The notes under the pieces: model-generated
Told to the model about the DNA's origin: nothing
Seen by the model: the letters and a program-made list of their open reading frames with translations, nothing else
The model's database searches: none
Shown: one piece after another, positions 1 through 9,056 of the stretch
Layout: each line of letters begins with the position of its first letter
How positions within the stretch are numbered: position 1 is the first letter of the stretch
Assembly (NCBI GenBank): GCA_963707915.1
Contig: OY970178.1
Span: forward strand, 3,008,001 to 3,072,000
Direction: 5' to 3'
Length of the DNA stretch: 64,000 bases
DNA from: Candidatus Eiseniibacteriota bacterium
GTDB lineage: Bacteria > Eisenbacteria > RBG-16-71-46
Program-made: the position numbers and the translations under genes

Positions 1-1089
1 TTCGTGGTGCAGCGGCAGAGCGGGGCGGTGGCGGCGCTGGAGACGGTGGGCGCGGGGGCGCGGGCGGGCAACGCGCTGCTGTCGATCTGGCGCTACGCGG
101 GCGCGACGCTGTGGCCGGCGGGGCTGGCGGCGTTCTACCCGCTGCGGGTGACGGTGGATCCGTGGGCGGTGGGGGCGGCGGCGGCGGGGCTGGTGGGGGT
201 GACGGGGCTGGCGCTGCGCTGGCGGGGGGAGCGGCCGTACCTGGCGGTGGGGTGGCTGTGGTACGTGGGGATGCTGGTGCCGGTGCTGGGGCTGGTGCAG
301 GTCGGGATGCAGGCTCACGCCGACCGTTACACCTACCTGCCGGGGATCGGGCTGCTGGTGGCGGGGGTGTGGGGGGTGTCGGACGGGCTGGCCGGGCACG
401 CGCGGGCGCGGCGGGTGGCGGTGGCGGGGGTGGTGGTCGCGCTGGCGGCGCTCGGCGTGGCGACGGCGCGGCAGGTGGCGCTGTGGCGGGACACGCGCAC
501 GCTGTTCACCCACGCCCGGCGCGTCACCGGCGAGAACGTCGTGACGATCGAGATGCTGGGCATGGCGGACATGCTGCAGGGCCGCAGGGCGGAGGGCCTC
601 GCGTTGCTGCGCCGCGGCGTCGCGCTCGCCCCGGCCCACCCGCTGGCGCGGCTCAACCTCGCCACCGCCCTGCTCGACCTGCCGGGCCACGACGCGGAGG
701 CGGCCGGGCACCTGCGGGAGGTGCTCCGCCGGTATCCCTCGAACGGCGAGGCGCTGAACGGCCTGGCGTGGCTCCTGGCGACCAGCCCCGACTCGTCGGT
801 GCGCGACGGCCGGGAGGCCGAACGGCTGGCGGAACGGGCCCTGCAGGTGGGCGGATCCGACGATCCGGGCCTGCTCGACACGCAGGCCGCGGCGCAGGCG
901 ACGGCCGGGCGGACCGACGCGGCGGTCGCCACCGCGCGCCGGGCGCTGGAGCTGGCGCAGCGCGCCGGGAACGACACGCTGGCCGCCGCCATCCGCGGCC
1001 GGCTCGCATCGTTCGAGCGCGGCCGCGCGTGGGTGGATTCCACCCGCGCCGCCCCGGTGCAGCGGGGCGACGATGGTGCGCCGCAATGA
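1..1089 (+). CDS. TPR-containing integral membrane protein, TMTC/protein O-mannosyltransferase-like (5' partial)
   Basis: Several TM helices, HADRYTYLP and WRDTRTLF motifs, then C-terminal TPR repeats (ALNGLAWLLAT...LDTQAAAQA). The frame is open from base 1. Confidence 0.7.
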   Translation, partial: FVVQRQSGAVAALETVGAGARAGNALLSIWRYAGATLWPAGLAAFYPLRVTVDPWAVGAAAAGLVGVTGLALRWRGERPYLAVGWLWYVGMLVPVLGLVQVGMQAHADRYTYLPGIGLLVAGVWGVSDGLAGHARARRVAVAGVVVALAALGVATARQVALWRDTRTLFTHARRVTGENVVTIEMLGMADMLQGRRAEGLALLRRGVALAPAHPLARLNLATALLDLPGHDAEAAGHLREVLRRYPSNGEALNGLAWLLATSPDSSVRDGREAERLAERALQVGGSDDPGLLDTQAAAQATAGRTDAAVATARRALELAQRAGNDTLAAAIRGRLASFERGRAWVDSTRAAPVQRGDDGAPQ

Positions 1090-1133
1090 CCTGGAGGTAC
1101 GCAGCTCCCGTTGCGATCGTCCGGAGGTCCCCC

Positions 1134-1163
1134 TTGACCCTGTTCGAGACGCGTCCCTACACT
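1134..1163 (+). promoter_or_regulatory. sigma70-type promoter TTGACC-N18-TACACT, ending 9 nt before the C25 ATG
   Basis: Hexamers at 1134-1139 and 1158-1163; no SD before ATG 1173. Confidence 0.55.
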
Positions 1164-1172
1164 GTGCGCTTC

Positions 1173-4100
1173 ATGCGAGTGATCCCGTCGTTCTTGAAGG
1201 CGGCTGCGGCGGTCGCGCTGCTGCTCCTGCCGGCCGCCGCCGCCCGCGCCCAGTCCCTGCGGGTGATCGCCACCGACCCGCGCGGCGTCACGCTGCGGCT
1301 GGAACTCCCGGGCTACCGGCTTTCGCCGCCGCTCCCCGACGGTCGCGTCGAGCTGAGCGTGTCCGGCTACGCGGTCACCAGTCTCGAGGGGCGGCCCCAC
1401 CTGCCCTACGCGCAGGCGCTGGTGGCGTTGCCGCCGGGCGCCGGGGCGACGGCCCGGATCGTGGAGCCGGGCGAGGAGGAGGTCCGCGACGGCCTGCGAC
1501 TGGCGCTGGGTGCGAAGCCGGTGATGGAAGCGGGGCCCGACGGCTTCGGTCCCTCGCCCGCGCGCGAGCCGGTGCCGCCCATCCTCGACGGGCCGTGGCC
1601 CGCCACGCCGGTCGAGCTGGGCGATCCCGTCACCGTGCGCCGCCAGCGCCTGGTGGCCGTGCAGGTCCGGCCGTTCCGCTACGACGAGGCCGCCGGCCGG
1701 CTCTGGGTGCGCCGCTCGCTCACCGTGCGCGTGGACTTCACCGGCCTGGCGCCGGGGGCCGCGGTGGCCCCCACGACCGACAGCCACTGGGAGCCCGTCT
1801 TCCGCAGCTCGCTCGCCAACTACGAGCAGGGGCGCAGTTGGCGGGCGCCGCAGCCGGCCGCGGCCGCCTCGCCGGCGGTCGGGCTGCCCGGCGACCGCGC
1901 CGCCCTGCCCGCGGCGCTGCGCGGCGTGGCCGCCTTCGACGAGAGCGAGCCCGAGGTGCGCATCAAGGTGGACTCGACCGGGGTCTACGCCTTCCCGTAC
2001 GCCGAGCTGGCGGCCCAGGGCTACCCGGCGGGGGTGCCGGTGGGCGAGGTCAGCCTGCACCGGCACGAGTACGTCGGACCGGTCGACCCCGCCTACGTCA
2101 CGATCGAGCTGCCCATCGAAGTGAACGACGGCAACGCGAACGGCGTGTTCGACGCGGGCGACGACATCGTCGTCTTCGTGCCCAACTGGGTCGAGCGCTC
2201 GGGCGTGACCTCGATGATGCAACGCGACTGGGGCGACGCCGAGGTGGTCTTCGCCACGCGGCTCGCCGGCGGCGCGGGCCTGCGCCTGCCGACCCGCGCC
2301 GGCTGGCGCGACGCGGTGAGCCCGGAGCTGCTCGCCTCGTACCCGTGGACCCAGCGCTGGGAGCGCACGCTGGTCTACTTCGCCTACCCTTCGCCGGTCG
2401 ACACCGCGATCGTGGACCGCTTCCTGTGGACCAACTACTTCACCTACTACGACCGGCCCGACACCTACCGCTTCGAGGTCAACCACCTCGATCCATCGCG
2501 CAGCGTCACCTTCCGCACCCGGCTGCAGGGGGAGAGCAACGAGCCCCACGTCATGTTCGGGCGGATCCGGAACGGCGGGGCGCAGGTCGCGACCGTGGTG
2601 GACTCGGTGGTCTGGTACACCAAGGATCCGCAGACCCTGTCGGCGACCCTGCCCGGCACGGCGGTGACCGAGGGCCTCACCAATTCCCTCGCGCTGTGGG
2701 GCAAGGGATCGACCTCGGCCCCCAGCGCGGCGACCCCGATCTGCAAGGCCGCGCTCGACTGGTTCGAGCTCACCTACTGGCGCTCCTACCGCGCGCTCGC
2801 GGGCTACCTCGCGGCCGGCAGCGGCACCGCCGCCGGGGAGTACCAGGTGCACGCCACCGGCTTCTCCTCGCCGGCGATCCGGGTCTACGACGTGACCGAC
2901 CCGGTGGGCCCGGTGCGGCTCACCCTGGACGCGAGCCACATCGTTCCGGACGGCGCCGAGTACGCGCTCGACTTCCAGGACCTCGCCGGCGCGGGCCCGC
3001 GCCGCTACGTGGTCTTCGACCGCCCGAAGACGCTGCCTTCCGCGGCCTACTCCGGGGTCACGCGCCGGCAGCTCACCGCGGCCGCCGGGGAGCTCGACTA
3101 CGTGGTCGTCGTGCCCGAGGCCTTCCTGGCCGCGGTGGACCCGCTGGTCGCGCTGCGCCAGTCGCAGGGGCTCGGCACGATCGTGGCCCCGCTCGAGTCG
3201 GTGTACGACGAATTCAACGGCGGGCGCAAGTCCCGCTGGGCCCTCAAGCGTTTCCTGCGCTACGCGACGGAGCGCTGGAACTCGCGCTTCGTCGTGCTGG
3301 TCGGCGACGGCAGCTCCGACCCGCGGAACCTGCTCCACACCGCCGGCACGGACTACGTCCCCTGCGCGCTCATCCCCGGGCCGGTCTCCTCCGGCGTGCT
3401 CGGGCTCGAGATGATCCCGGCCGACCCGTGGTACGGCTGGTGCCTGACCGATGACCCGGCGTGCACGAGCTCGAACCTGATGGAGCCCGACCTGTTCGTC
3501 GGGCGCCTGCCGGTGAACTCGCTCCAGCAGGCCCGTGACGTGGTGGCGAAGCTGGTCGCCTACGAGGGCTTCGACGCCGCCGCGATCTGGCGCCGCCGCA
3601 TGATGCTGCTCGCGGACGACTGCTACTCGGGCGTGAGCACCTTCGGTGGGGGCGGCGGGACCGGGTACTGCTTCCGCGGCTACGAGATCGCCTTCCGCCT
3701 GCTCAACCAGGCGGTGCGGGCGGTCATCGCCGATTCGTCGGGGATGAGCCTGGCGAGCCCCGAGGTGGTCGACCTGCGCTCCTACCTGACCGACCCCTCG
3801 CTCTACCAGGTCAACGGGCCCGGCGACACCTGCCGCGTCGGCCCCTCCGGCGGGCCGGCCCGGGCCGAGGAGATCCTGCGCGCCAGCTTCGACCCGGTGT
3901 TCTTCCAGAAGCTGAACGAGGGCGTGCTCTGGTGGAACTACCAGGGTCACGCGAATCCCTACGTGCTCTCCCACGAGGGCTTCTACCGCAACCAGGGGAT
4001 GACCCAGGACCGCGACAACTTCATGAACGACGGGAAGCTGTTCCTGTTCTCGGCCTTCTCCTGCCATGCGAACGCGTTCGCGGACGTGTCCGAGGGCTCC

Positions 4101-5426
4101 GCCGCGCTCGGGCCCTCGCTGGGCGAGAACCTGCTGACCCTGCCCTCGCGCGGGGCGATCGCCTCGTGGGCCTCCACCGGTTTCGAGATCGTGCCCTCGA
4201 ACAGCTCCTACCACCTGAACGTCGAGTTCGCCCGCTCGTTGTTCGTGGACCCGCCGCACGACGACGAGTTCGGGCGCGGGCTCGCGGACCGCGGCGCGCG
4301 CGTGCCGGTGGGCGAGGCCATCGCGCTGACCATGCTGAACTACCTGCCCACGGTGAGCCAGAACCCGAGCGAGCGCGGGGTCGGGCTCACCTACAACCTG
4401 CTCGGCGATCCCGCGACCCGGCTGTGGGTGGGGGCCGCGCAGATCACGGTGACCGCGAACGGCCAGCCCGTGACCAGCGGCGAGCCGGTGCGGCTGGCGA
4501 CCGGCGGCGACACGCTGCGGCTGGAGGCCGACCTGGTGTCCAACGTCGAGCTCCGCTCCATCGAGCTGCTGCGGACGGGCTGCGACGGGACGTCCGCGGT
4601 GCCGCCCGGGCAATACACGCTGACCCCGGCGTTCCCCGACACGGCGCCCGGCGGGCTGGGTGGACGACGCTATCACCTCTCGTACGCCACGACGCTCGCC
4701 ACCAGCTCGCTGCGCTACACGCTGCGGCCCACCGACCGCTACGGCGTGGCCCAGGCGTTCGACATCGTCTTCGAGTTCACGACCGAGCTGTTCGCGGGCG
4801 ACGTGCCGGTGCGGCCGAACGACGTGGTGGCCCCGGACGCGGCACTCGGCCTGCTCGTGCTCTCGCCGGGCCTGCTCGATCCCGACAGCCTGCGCCTCTC
4901 GGTGGATGGGCTGCCGCAGCCCTTCACCTCCGCGCTGGCCCGCGGCGACACGACCGGGCGCCAGTACCGCCTCGCCTGGAGCCACGCGCCGTACGCGAAG
5001 GGCGCGCACAACGTCCAGCTCGAGGTCTCGTGCGGCCAGGTCAAGGAGCACCCCTTCCGGGTCGACCCGACGTTCGCGCTGCGCGACGTGCTGGCCTTCC
5101 CGAACCCCTTCGACGACGGACAGGGCACGTGCTTCAGCTTCACGATGACCGGGCAGGCCGCGTCCGACGTGCTGGTGCGCGTCTACACGGTGAGCGGGCG
5201 ACGCGTGCGCGACCTGCGCAGCGAGCCCGGCGGCCCGCTCCAGATCGGTGCCAACCAGGTCTGCTGGGACGGACTCGATGAGGAGGGACAGAAGCTTGCG
5301 AACGGCGTCTACTTCTACAAGCTGGTGGCCCACGGCCCCTCCGGCACGTCCTCGTACGAGGGCCGGCTGGTCAAGCTCCGCCGTCCGCGAAACACCTCCG
5401 ACGCGGCCGCCGGCGCGACTCCGTAG
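1173..5426 (+). CDS. Secreted C25 (gingipain/PorU-like) cysteine peptidase with propeptide and C-terminal FlgD-Ig/T9SS-like domain
   Basis: Signal peptide MRVIPSFLKAAAAVALLLL..ARA; C25 propeptide; C25 motifs VYDEFNGG, VLVGDG, VGRLPV, YQGHA (His), FSCHA (Cys), YNLLGDP; C-terminal FPNPF...WDGLDEEGQKLANGVYFYKL. Confidence 0.85.
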   Translation: MRVIPSFLKAAAAVALLLLPAAAARAQSLRVIATDPRGVTLRLELPGYRLSPPLPDGRVELSVSGYAVTSLEGRPHLPYAQALVALPPGAGATARIVEPGEEEVRDGLRLALGAKPVMEAGPDGFGPSPAREPVPPILDGPWPATPVELGDPVTVRRQRLVAVQVRPFRYDEAAGRLWVRRSLTVRVDFTGLAPGAAVAPTTDSHWEPVFRSSLANYEQGRSWRAPQPAAAASPAVGLPGDRAALPAALRGVAAFDESEPEVRIKVDSTGVYAFPYAELAAQGYPAGVPVGEVSLHRHEYVGPVDPAYVTIELPIEVNDGNANGVFDAGDDIVVFVPNWVERSGVTSMMQRDWGDAEVVFATRLAGGAGLRLPTRAGWRDAVSPELLASYPWTQRWERTLVYFAYPSPVDTAIVDRFLWTNYFTYYDRPDTYRFEVNHLDPSRSVTFRTRLQGESNEPHVMFGRIRNGGAQVATVVDSVVWYTKDPQTLSATLPGTAVTEGLTNSLALWGKGSTSAPSAATPICKAALDWFELTYWRSYRALAGYLAAGSGTAAGEYQVHATGFSSPAIRVYDVTDPVGPVRLTLDASHIVPDGAEYALDFQDLAGAGPRRYVVFDRPKTLPSAAYSGVTRRQLTAAAGELDYVVVVPEAFLAAVDPLVALRQSQGLGTIVAPLESVYDEFNGGRKSRWALKRFLRYATERWNSRFVVLVGDGSSDPRNLLHTAGTDYVPCALIPGPVSSGVLGLEMIPADPWYGWCLTDDPACTSSNLMEPDLFVGRLPVNSLQQARDVVAKLVAYEGFDAAAIWRRRMMLLADDCYSGVSTFGGGGGTGYCFRGYEIAFRLLNQAVRAVIADSSGMSLASPEVVDLRSYLTDPSLYQVNGPGDTCRVGPSGGPARAEEILRASFDPVFFQKLNEGVLWWNYQGHANPYVLSHEGFYRNQGMTQDRDNFMNDGKLFLFSAFSCHANAFADVSEGSAALGPSLGENLLTLPSRGAIASWASTGFEIVPSNSSYHLNVEFARSLFVDPPHDDEFGRGLADRGARVPVGEAIALTMLNYLPTVSQNPSERGVGLTYNLLGDPATRLWVGAAQITVTANGQPVTSGEPVRLATGGDTLRLEADLVSNVELRSIELLRTGCDGTSAVPPGQYTLTPAFPDTAPGGLGGRRYHLSYATTLATSSLRYTLRPTDRYGVAQAFDIVFEFTTELFAGDVPVRPNDVVAPDAALGLLVLSPGLLDPDSLRLSVDGLPQPFTSALARGDTTGRQYRLAWSHAPYAKGAHNVQLEVSCGQVKEHPFRVDPTFALRDVLAFPNPFDDGQGTCFSFTMTGQAASDVLVRVYTVSGRRVRDLRSEPGGPLQIGANQVCWDGLDEEGQKLANGVYFYKLVAHGPSGTSSYEGRLVKLRRPRNTSDAAAGATP

Positions 5427-7425
5427 CGGGCTGCTCGCGCTGGTCGCGCTCGCGGCGCTCGCCGGGGCGCCGCCCGCCGTCGCCGCGCCGCAGCGCAGGC
5501 CCGCGCGCCCGCCGGTGCCGGCCGTGTCCGCTGCGGCGCCCGCGCCGGCCGCGCTCGCCGCGGACACGCTCGCCGATTCGCGGCTCACCGCGCTCCAGCT
5601 CATCGCCAAGGCCGAGGACCAGCGCGCGCCGGCCGGCGGCACGCTGGCGCGGTATCTCGACGATCCGGACGCCGTGCTGCGCCGCCGGGCCGCGCTCGCC
5701 GTGGGCCGGCTCCAGGACACGGCGGGCGTGGCACTGCTGCTGCCGCTGCTCGAGGACGCGGACGACGAGGTGCGGCGCGAGGCCCTGTTCGCGCTGGGCC
5801 AGATCGGGCTCGCCCACCCCGTGGGGCCGGGGCAGGCGGCGCCCGCGCGGGCGGCCGTCGAGCGGCTGGCCGGAGCCGGCGACTCGGCGACCGCCGACCT
5901 CGCGCTCGAGGCGCTGGGCAAGCTCGGGGACCGGGCGGCGACCCCGCGGCTCGTCTCGTTCCTGCGCGACGCCCCCTCGCCGCTGCTGCGCGGCGGCGCC
6001 GCCGTCGCGCTGTGGCGCCTGGCCGATTCCACCGCGCTCGCCCCGCTGCTCACCGCGCTCGACGACGCCGACGCGGGCGTGCGCTGGCGGGCGCTCTACG
6101 CGCTCGAGAAGCTCAGGAGCCCGGACCCGGTGGTGCTGCTGGCCGCCATGCACGTGGACGACGAGGATGCGCTGGTGCGCGCGTACGCCGTGCGCACGCT
6201 CGGCCGGCAGAAGTCGCCGCAGGGCACGGCCTACGTCCTGCAGAAGCTCGGCGACCCCGACGTGGGGGTGGTGGTGAACGCGATGCGCGCCCTCTCGCTC
6301 ATCGCCGACACGACCTGCGGCGCCTGCCTGCCGGCGCTGGTCCGCGCGCTCGACGCCGGGGACCCGTACGTGCGCGTGACGGCGGCCACCGCGCTGGCCG
6401 ACCGCTTCGCGTGGGTCACCGCCGACACCGCCGCGAGCCGCGCCGCGCTCGACTCGCTGGCCGCGGGTCTGGGGGATCCGGACCCGGCGACGCGCGGGGC
6501 CTGCGCGCGCGCGCTCCTCGCGCGGCGCGGCGCGGACGCGCTGGCGCCGGTCGGTGCGCTGCTCGCCGACTCCTCGGTGTACGTCCGCGTGGCGGTGCTG
6601 CAGGCGCTGGCGTTCGCGCCGGCGGCGGCGACGCCGCTGCTGGTGGAGCGGCTCGGGCCCGGCACGCCGGCGTTCGAGCGCGCCACGGCGGCCGAGGTGC
6701 TGGCCACGCTCAAGGTGGCGGCCGCGGCGCCGGGTCTGCGGAATGCGCTCGCCGACAGCTCCGTGCTGCTGGTGGCCACGGCGGCCGGCGCGCTGGCCGA
6801 GCTGGGCGACTCGGCCGCGGTGCCGGCGCTGCGGCGCGCCTACGTCTCGCACGCGGGGGACGCCGAGGCCGACGCCCGCGCGGCCCTGCTCGACGCGCTG
6901 AAGACGCTGGCGGGCAAGGCCGCCGCCGACAGCCTGGAGCGGGCGCACCCGTCCCCGCCGGCGCGGGCGGTCTACGACTCGGCCTTCTTCGCGCCGCCGG
7001 CGGCGCGCGGGGCGGTGCTGCGCACCACGAAGGGCGAGATCGAGTGGGCCTTCTACGGTGCGGAGGCGCCGCAGACGGTGAAGAACTTCGTGCGGCTCGC
7101 CGGGCGCGGCTACTTCGACGGGCTCGCCATCCACCGCGTGGTCCCCAACTTCGTGATCCAGGACGGCGATCCCACCGGCACCGGGTCCGGCGGTCCGGGC
7201 TGGACCATCCGTTGCGAGTACAACCGCCTGCGCTACGAGGCCGGCATGGTGGGCATGGCGCTCTCGGGCAAGGACACCGGCGGCAGCCAGTGGTTCATCA
7301 CCCACGCCCCGCAGCCCCACCTGAACGGGCGCTACACCATCTTCGCGCGCGTGGTGCGGGGCCAGGACGTGGTGGGCCGCATCGTCCAGGGCGACCGCGT
7401 GCTGGGCGTGGAGATCCTGCCCTAG
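5278..7425 (+). CDS. HEAT-repeat protein with C-terminal cyclophilin-type peptidyl-prolyl isomerase (start uncertain)
   Basis: HEAT repeats (DDPDAVLRRRAALAVG, DADDEVRREALFALG) and cyclophilin motifs APQTVKNF, HRVVPNFVIQDGDP, GSQWFIT, YTIFARV. A signal-like segment lies near 5430, but the nearest in-frame ATG (5278) overlaps the upstream gene. Confidence 0.8.
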   Translation: MRRDRSLRTASTSTSWWPTAPPARPRTRAGWSSSAVRETPPTRPPARLRSGLLALVALAALAGAPPAVAAPQRRPARPPVPAVSAAAPAPAALAADTLADSRLTALQLIAKAEDQRAPAGGTLARYLDDPDAVLRRRAALAVGRLQDTAGVALLLPLLEDADDEVRREALFALGQIGLAHPVGPGQAAPARAAVERLAGAGDSATADLALEALGKLGDRAATPRLVSFLRDAPSPLLRGGAAVALWRLADSTALAPLLTALDDADAGVRWRALYALEKLRSPDPVVLLAAMHVDDEDALVRAYAVRTLGRQKSPQGTAYVLQKLGDPDVGVVVNAMRALSLIADTTCGACLPALVRALDAGDPYVRVTAATALADRFAWVTADTAASRAALDSLAAGLGDPDPATRGACARALLARRGADALAPVGALLADSSVYVRVAVLQALAFAPAAATPLLVERLGPGTPAFERATAAEVLATLKVAAAAPGLRNALADSSVLLVATAAGALAELGDSAAVPALRRAYVSHAGDAEADARAALLDALKTLAGKAAADSLERAHPSPPARAVYDSAFFAPPAARGAVLRTTKGEIEWAFYGAEAPQTVKNFVRLAGRGYFDGLAIHRVVPNFVIQDGDPTGTGSGGPGWTIRCEYNRLRYEAGMVGMALSGKDTGGSQWFITHAPQPHLNGRYTIFARVVRGQDVVGRIVQGDRVLGVEILP

Positions 7426-7581
7426 GAGCTGGTCCGGGCATTCGAGCCGGGGTCGATCCCGGCACGAGCGACCCCGGGCGATTCGGGATCGACGGCGCGG
7501 GCTGCGCCTCGCAGCGTGTCCCGGCCGGCGCGGGCCGCGGGTGCCGCCCGTGGACCGGGGGCACCCGCGACGACCGGTGCG

Positions 7582-8028
7582 CTACTTGGCGGTGGCCGGC
7601 TTCGCCGCCGTGGCGGCGTGCCGGGTGTGCCCCTTGGCTGCCACCGGGGCCGCCTTCTCGACCTCGGCCTGCTTCGCGATCACCGCCGAGCGGATCTTCG
7701 CGTAGACGTTGCCGGGAACGATGTTCGCGGTGACCAGCTGGTGCTTGGTCTTGTAGGGCCGGCCGGCGATGATCTTGTCGGCGTAGGCCTCGCCCACACC
7801 GGGCAGCGCCACCAACTGCTCCTTGGTGGCCGAGTTGAGGTCCAGCATCTCCTTCCTGGCCTCCGCGGTCTTCGTGGCCGCCGCGTGCTGTTCCATCGTC
7901 GGGGTCTTCATCGCCTTCTCGACCGCCGGGGCCGCCGGCTTGGTCGGCGTGGTGCCGCCCAGGGCGATGGGGGCGGTGAGGGCGACGACGAGCGCGCACA
8001 GCGCGACGGACGGGATGAAGCTCTTCAT
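7582..8028 (-). CDS. Secreted helix-hairpin-helix (ComEA-like) DNA-binding protein
   Basis: Signal peptide, then [37 protein letters not shown] at 8036-8039. Confidence 0.85.
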   Translation of the reverse strand: MKSFIPSVALCALVVALTAPIALGGTTPTKPAAPAVEKAMKTPTMEQHAAATKTAEARKEMLDLNSATKEQLVALPGVGEAYADKIIAGRPYKTKHQLVTANIVPGNVYAKIRSAVIAKQAEVEKAAPVAAKGHTRHAATAAKPATAK

Positions 8029-8735
8029 GGTGCTTCTCCACTCGAGGGCGTGGTGAGACACGTCGCCGCGCCCTCGGGGCGGCTGACGCGGGAGCGGCCG
8101 AAGACCGGCTCCGGGCTTTCACGACGGGGGACCGCGCGGCTTCCGGCACGCGGGCGTGACACGGCCACTGCGGTCGGTGGGGCGGGGTCGGTCGGCGGGA
8201 CGGGTGCGGCGCGAAGGGCGGCGGATCGGGGCGAGGGGCCGGATTCGCGCAGGCAGGCAGGACGGAGGCTCGCGGAGCTTGGCGCGGGCGGCGGTCCGCG
8301 GCCCGACGTCACGCGGCCGGCGCGGATCGAGAAGAGGTCCTCCGGAAGCGAGCCGAGCCGTGCCGCGACCGCCGTCCCGGTCGGGACCGCGGTCCAGACC
8401 GGCAGCGCGTCTCCCAGGCGCGACGTGGGCGAGTGGCGGTGTCCGCTCGCCGGGACCGGCACCGTGGCGCGGTGCGAGGCTCGCGGATCGGCCGGGCGCC
8501 GGGGCGAGGGCTCGTCGCGCCGGGCGCAACGGCTCCCGGGTTGCCGCGCCCCGGCGCCGTCGCGGAGATGCGCGCGGCGGTGCGCAGCGTGGTGCGCCCT
8601 CGCCCCGTCATGGCCCGGCTCGGCCTGCATCGCGGGCGGGGCGAGGGGCATCATGGCCCGCGCTACCGGGGCCCAGGCCAGCAGGCCCAGAACCAGCACC
8701 GCCAACGGGTACCCGATCAGGTGATGCCGATTCAC
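8025..8735 (-). CDS. Putative leader/arrest-type protein: signal or TM segment, His/Arg-rich region, RGPP motif; stop overlaps the HhH start (ATGA)
   Basis: GTG at 8735 preceded by AGGAAGGA; N-terminal [39 protein letters not shown] with RGPP at 8289-8300. Confidence 0.55.
   Translation of the reverse strand: MNRHHLIGYPLAVLVLGLLAWAPVARAMMPLAPPAMQAEPGHDGARAHHAAHRRAHLRDGAGARQPGSRCARRDEPSPRRPADPRASHRATVPVPASGHRHSPTSRLGDALPVWTAVPTGTAVAARLGSLPEDLFSIRAGRVTSGRGPPPAPSSASLRPACLRESGPSPRSAALRAAPVPPTDPAPPTAVAVSRPRAGSRAVPRRESPEPVFGRSRVSRPEGAATCLTTPSSGEAP
8043..8076 (-). promoter_or_regulatory. Stem-loop immediately upstream of the HhH gene SD
   Basis: Arms CGAGGGCGCGGCGA and TCACCACGCCCTCG pair at 12 of 14 positions; the stem ends 3 nt from GGAG. 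Confidence 0.45.
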
Positions 8736-9056
8736 CGGTTCCTTCCTGCATGAGCGGAAGCGCGGCGCAGTGGACACCCATCCTGATGCGCCCGGTCCGC
8801 CTCCCGGTGTCAACAGAAGGCAAGCCTCCGCTGGGAAACGCCAAGGAACCGACAATCCTGCGCCCCGGGGCCGGAGGCCGTCCCCGAGCGGGCTGGACCG
8901 GGCGTTCCGCCCGGTCGGGACCGGCCGCCGCGCCGTCCCGCGCCCCGCCGGGCCAGATTCCTGCTGCTGCGAGCCGCCCGCCGGGGTAGAATGAAGGTGT
9001 GGTCACTGCGCCTCGCGTCGTGGCCGCCGGGCGTGTCCGGGGCGAGGAGATCGCTA

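Noticed and set aside
111..1172. Gly-rich N-terminal extension of the 1771-aa ORF
   Set aside because: It is an alternate frame of the TPR gene. The signal peptide and promoter place the real start at 1173.
333..6053. 1906-aa minus-strand ORF and many other long antisense or alternate-frame ORFs (e.g. 30370-33459, 47554-50499, 11194-13734)
   Set aside because: Shadow ORFs of high-GC coding DNA: Arg/Gly/Ala/Pro-rich, no domain motifs, and each overlaps a well-supported gene.
7440..7500. Short inverted repeats between the PPIase and HhH genes (GTCGATCCCG / CGGGATCGAC)
   Set aside because: 10-bp GC-rich arms between convergent genes; at most an ordinary terminator-like hairpin, too weak to call.
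7582..8028. Natural competence locus
   Set aside because: Only a lone HhH protein; no comEC, pilin or dprA genes in the window.
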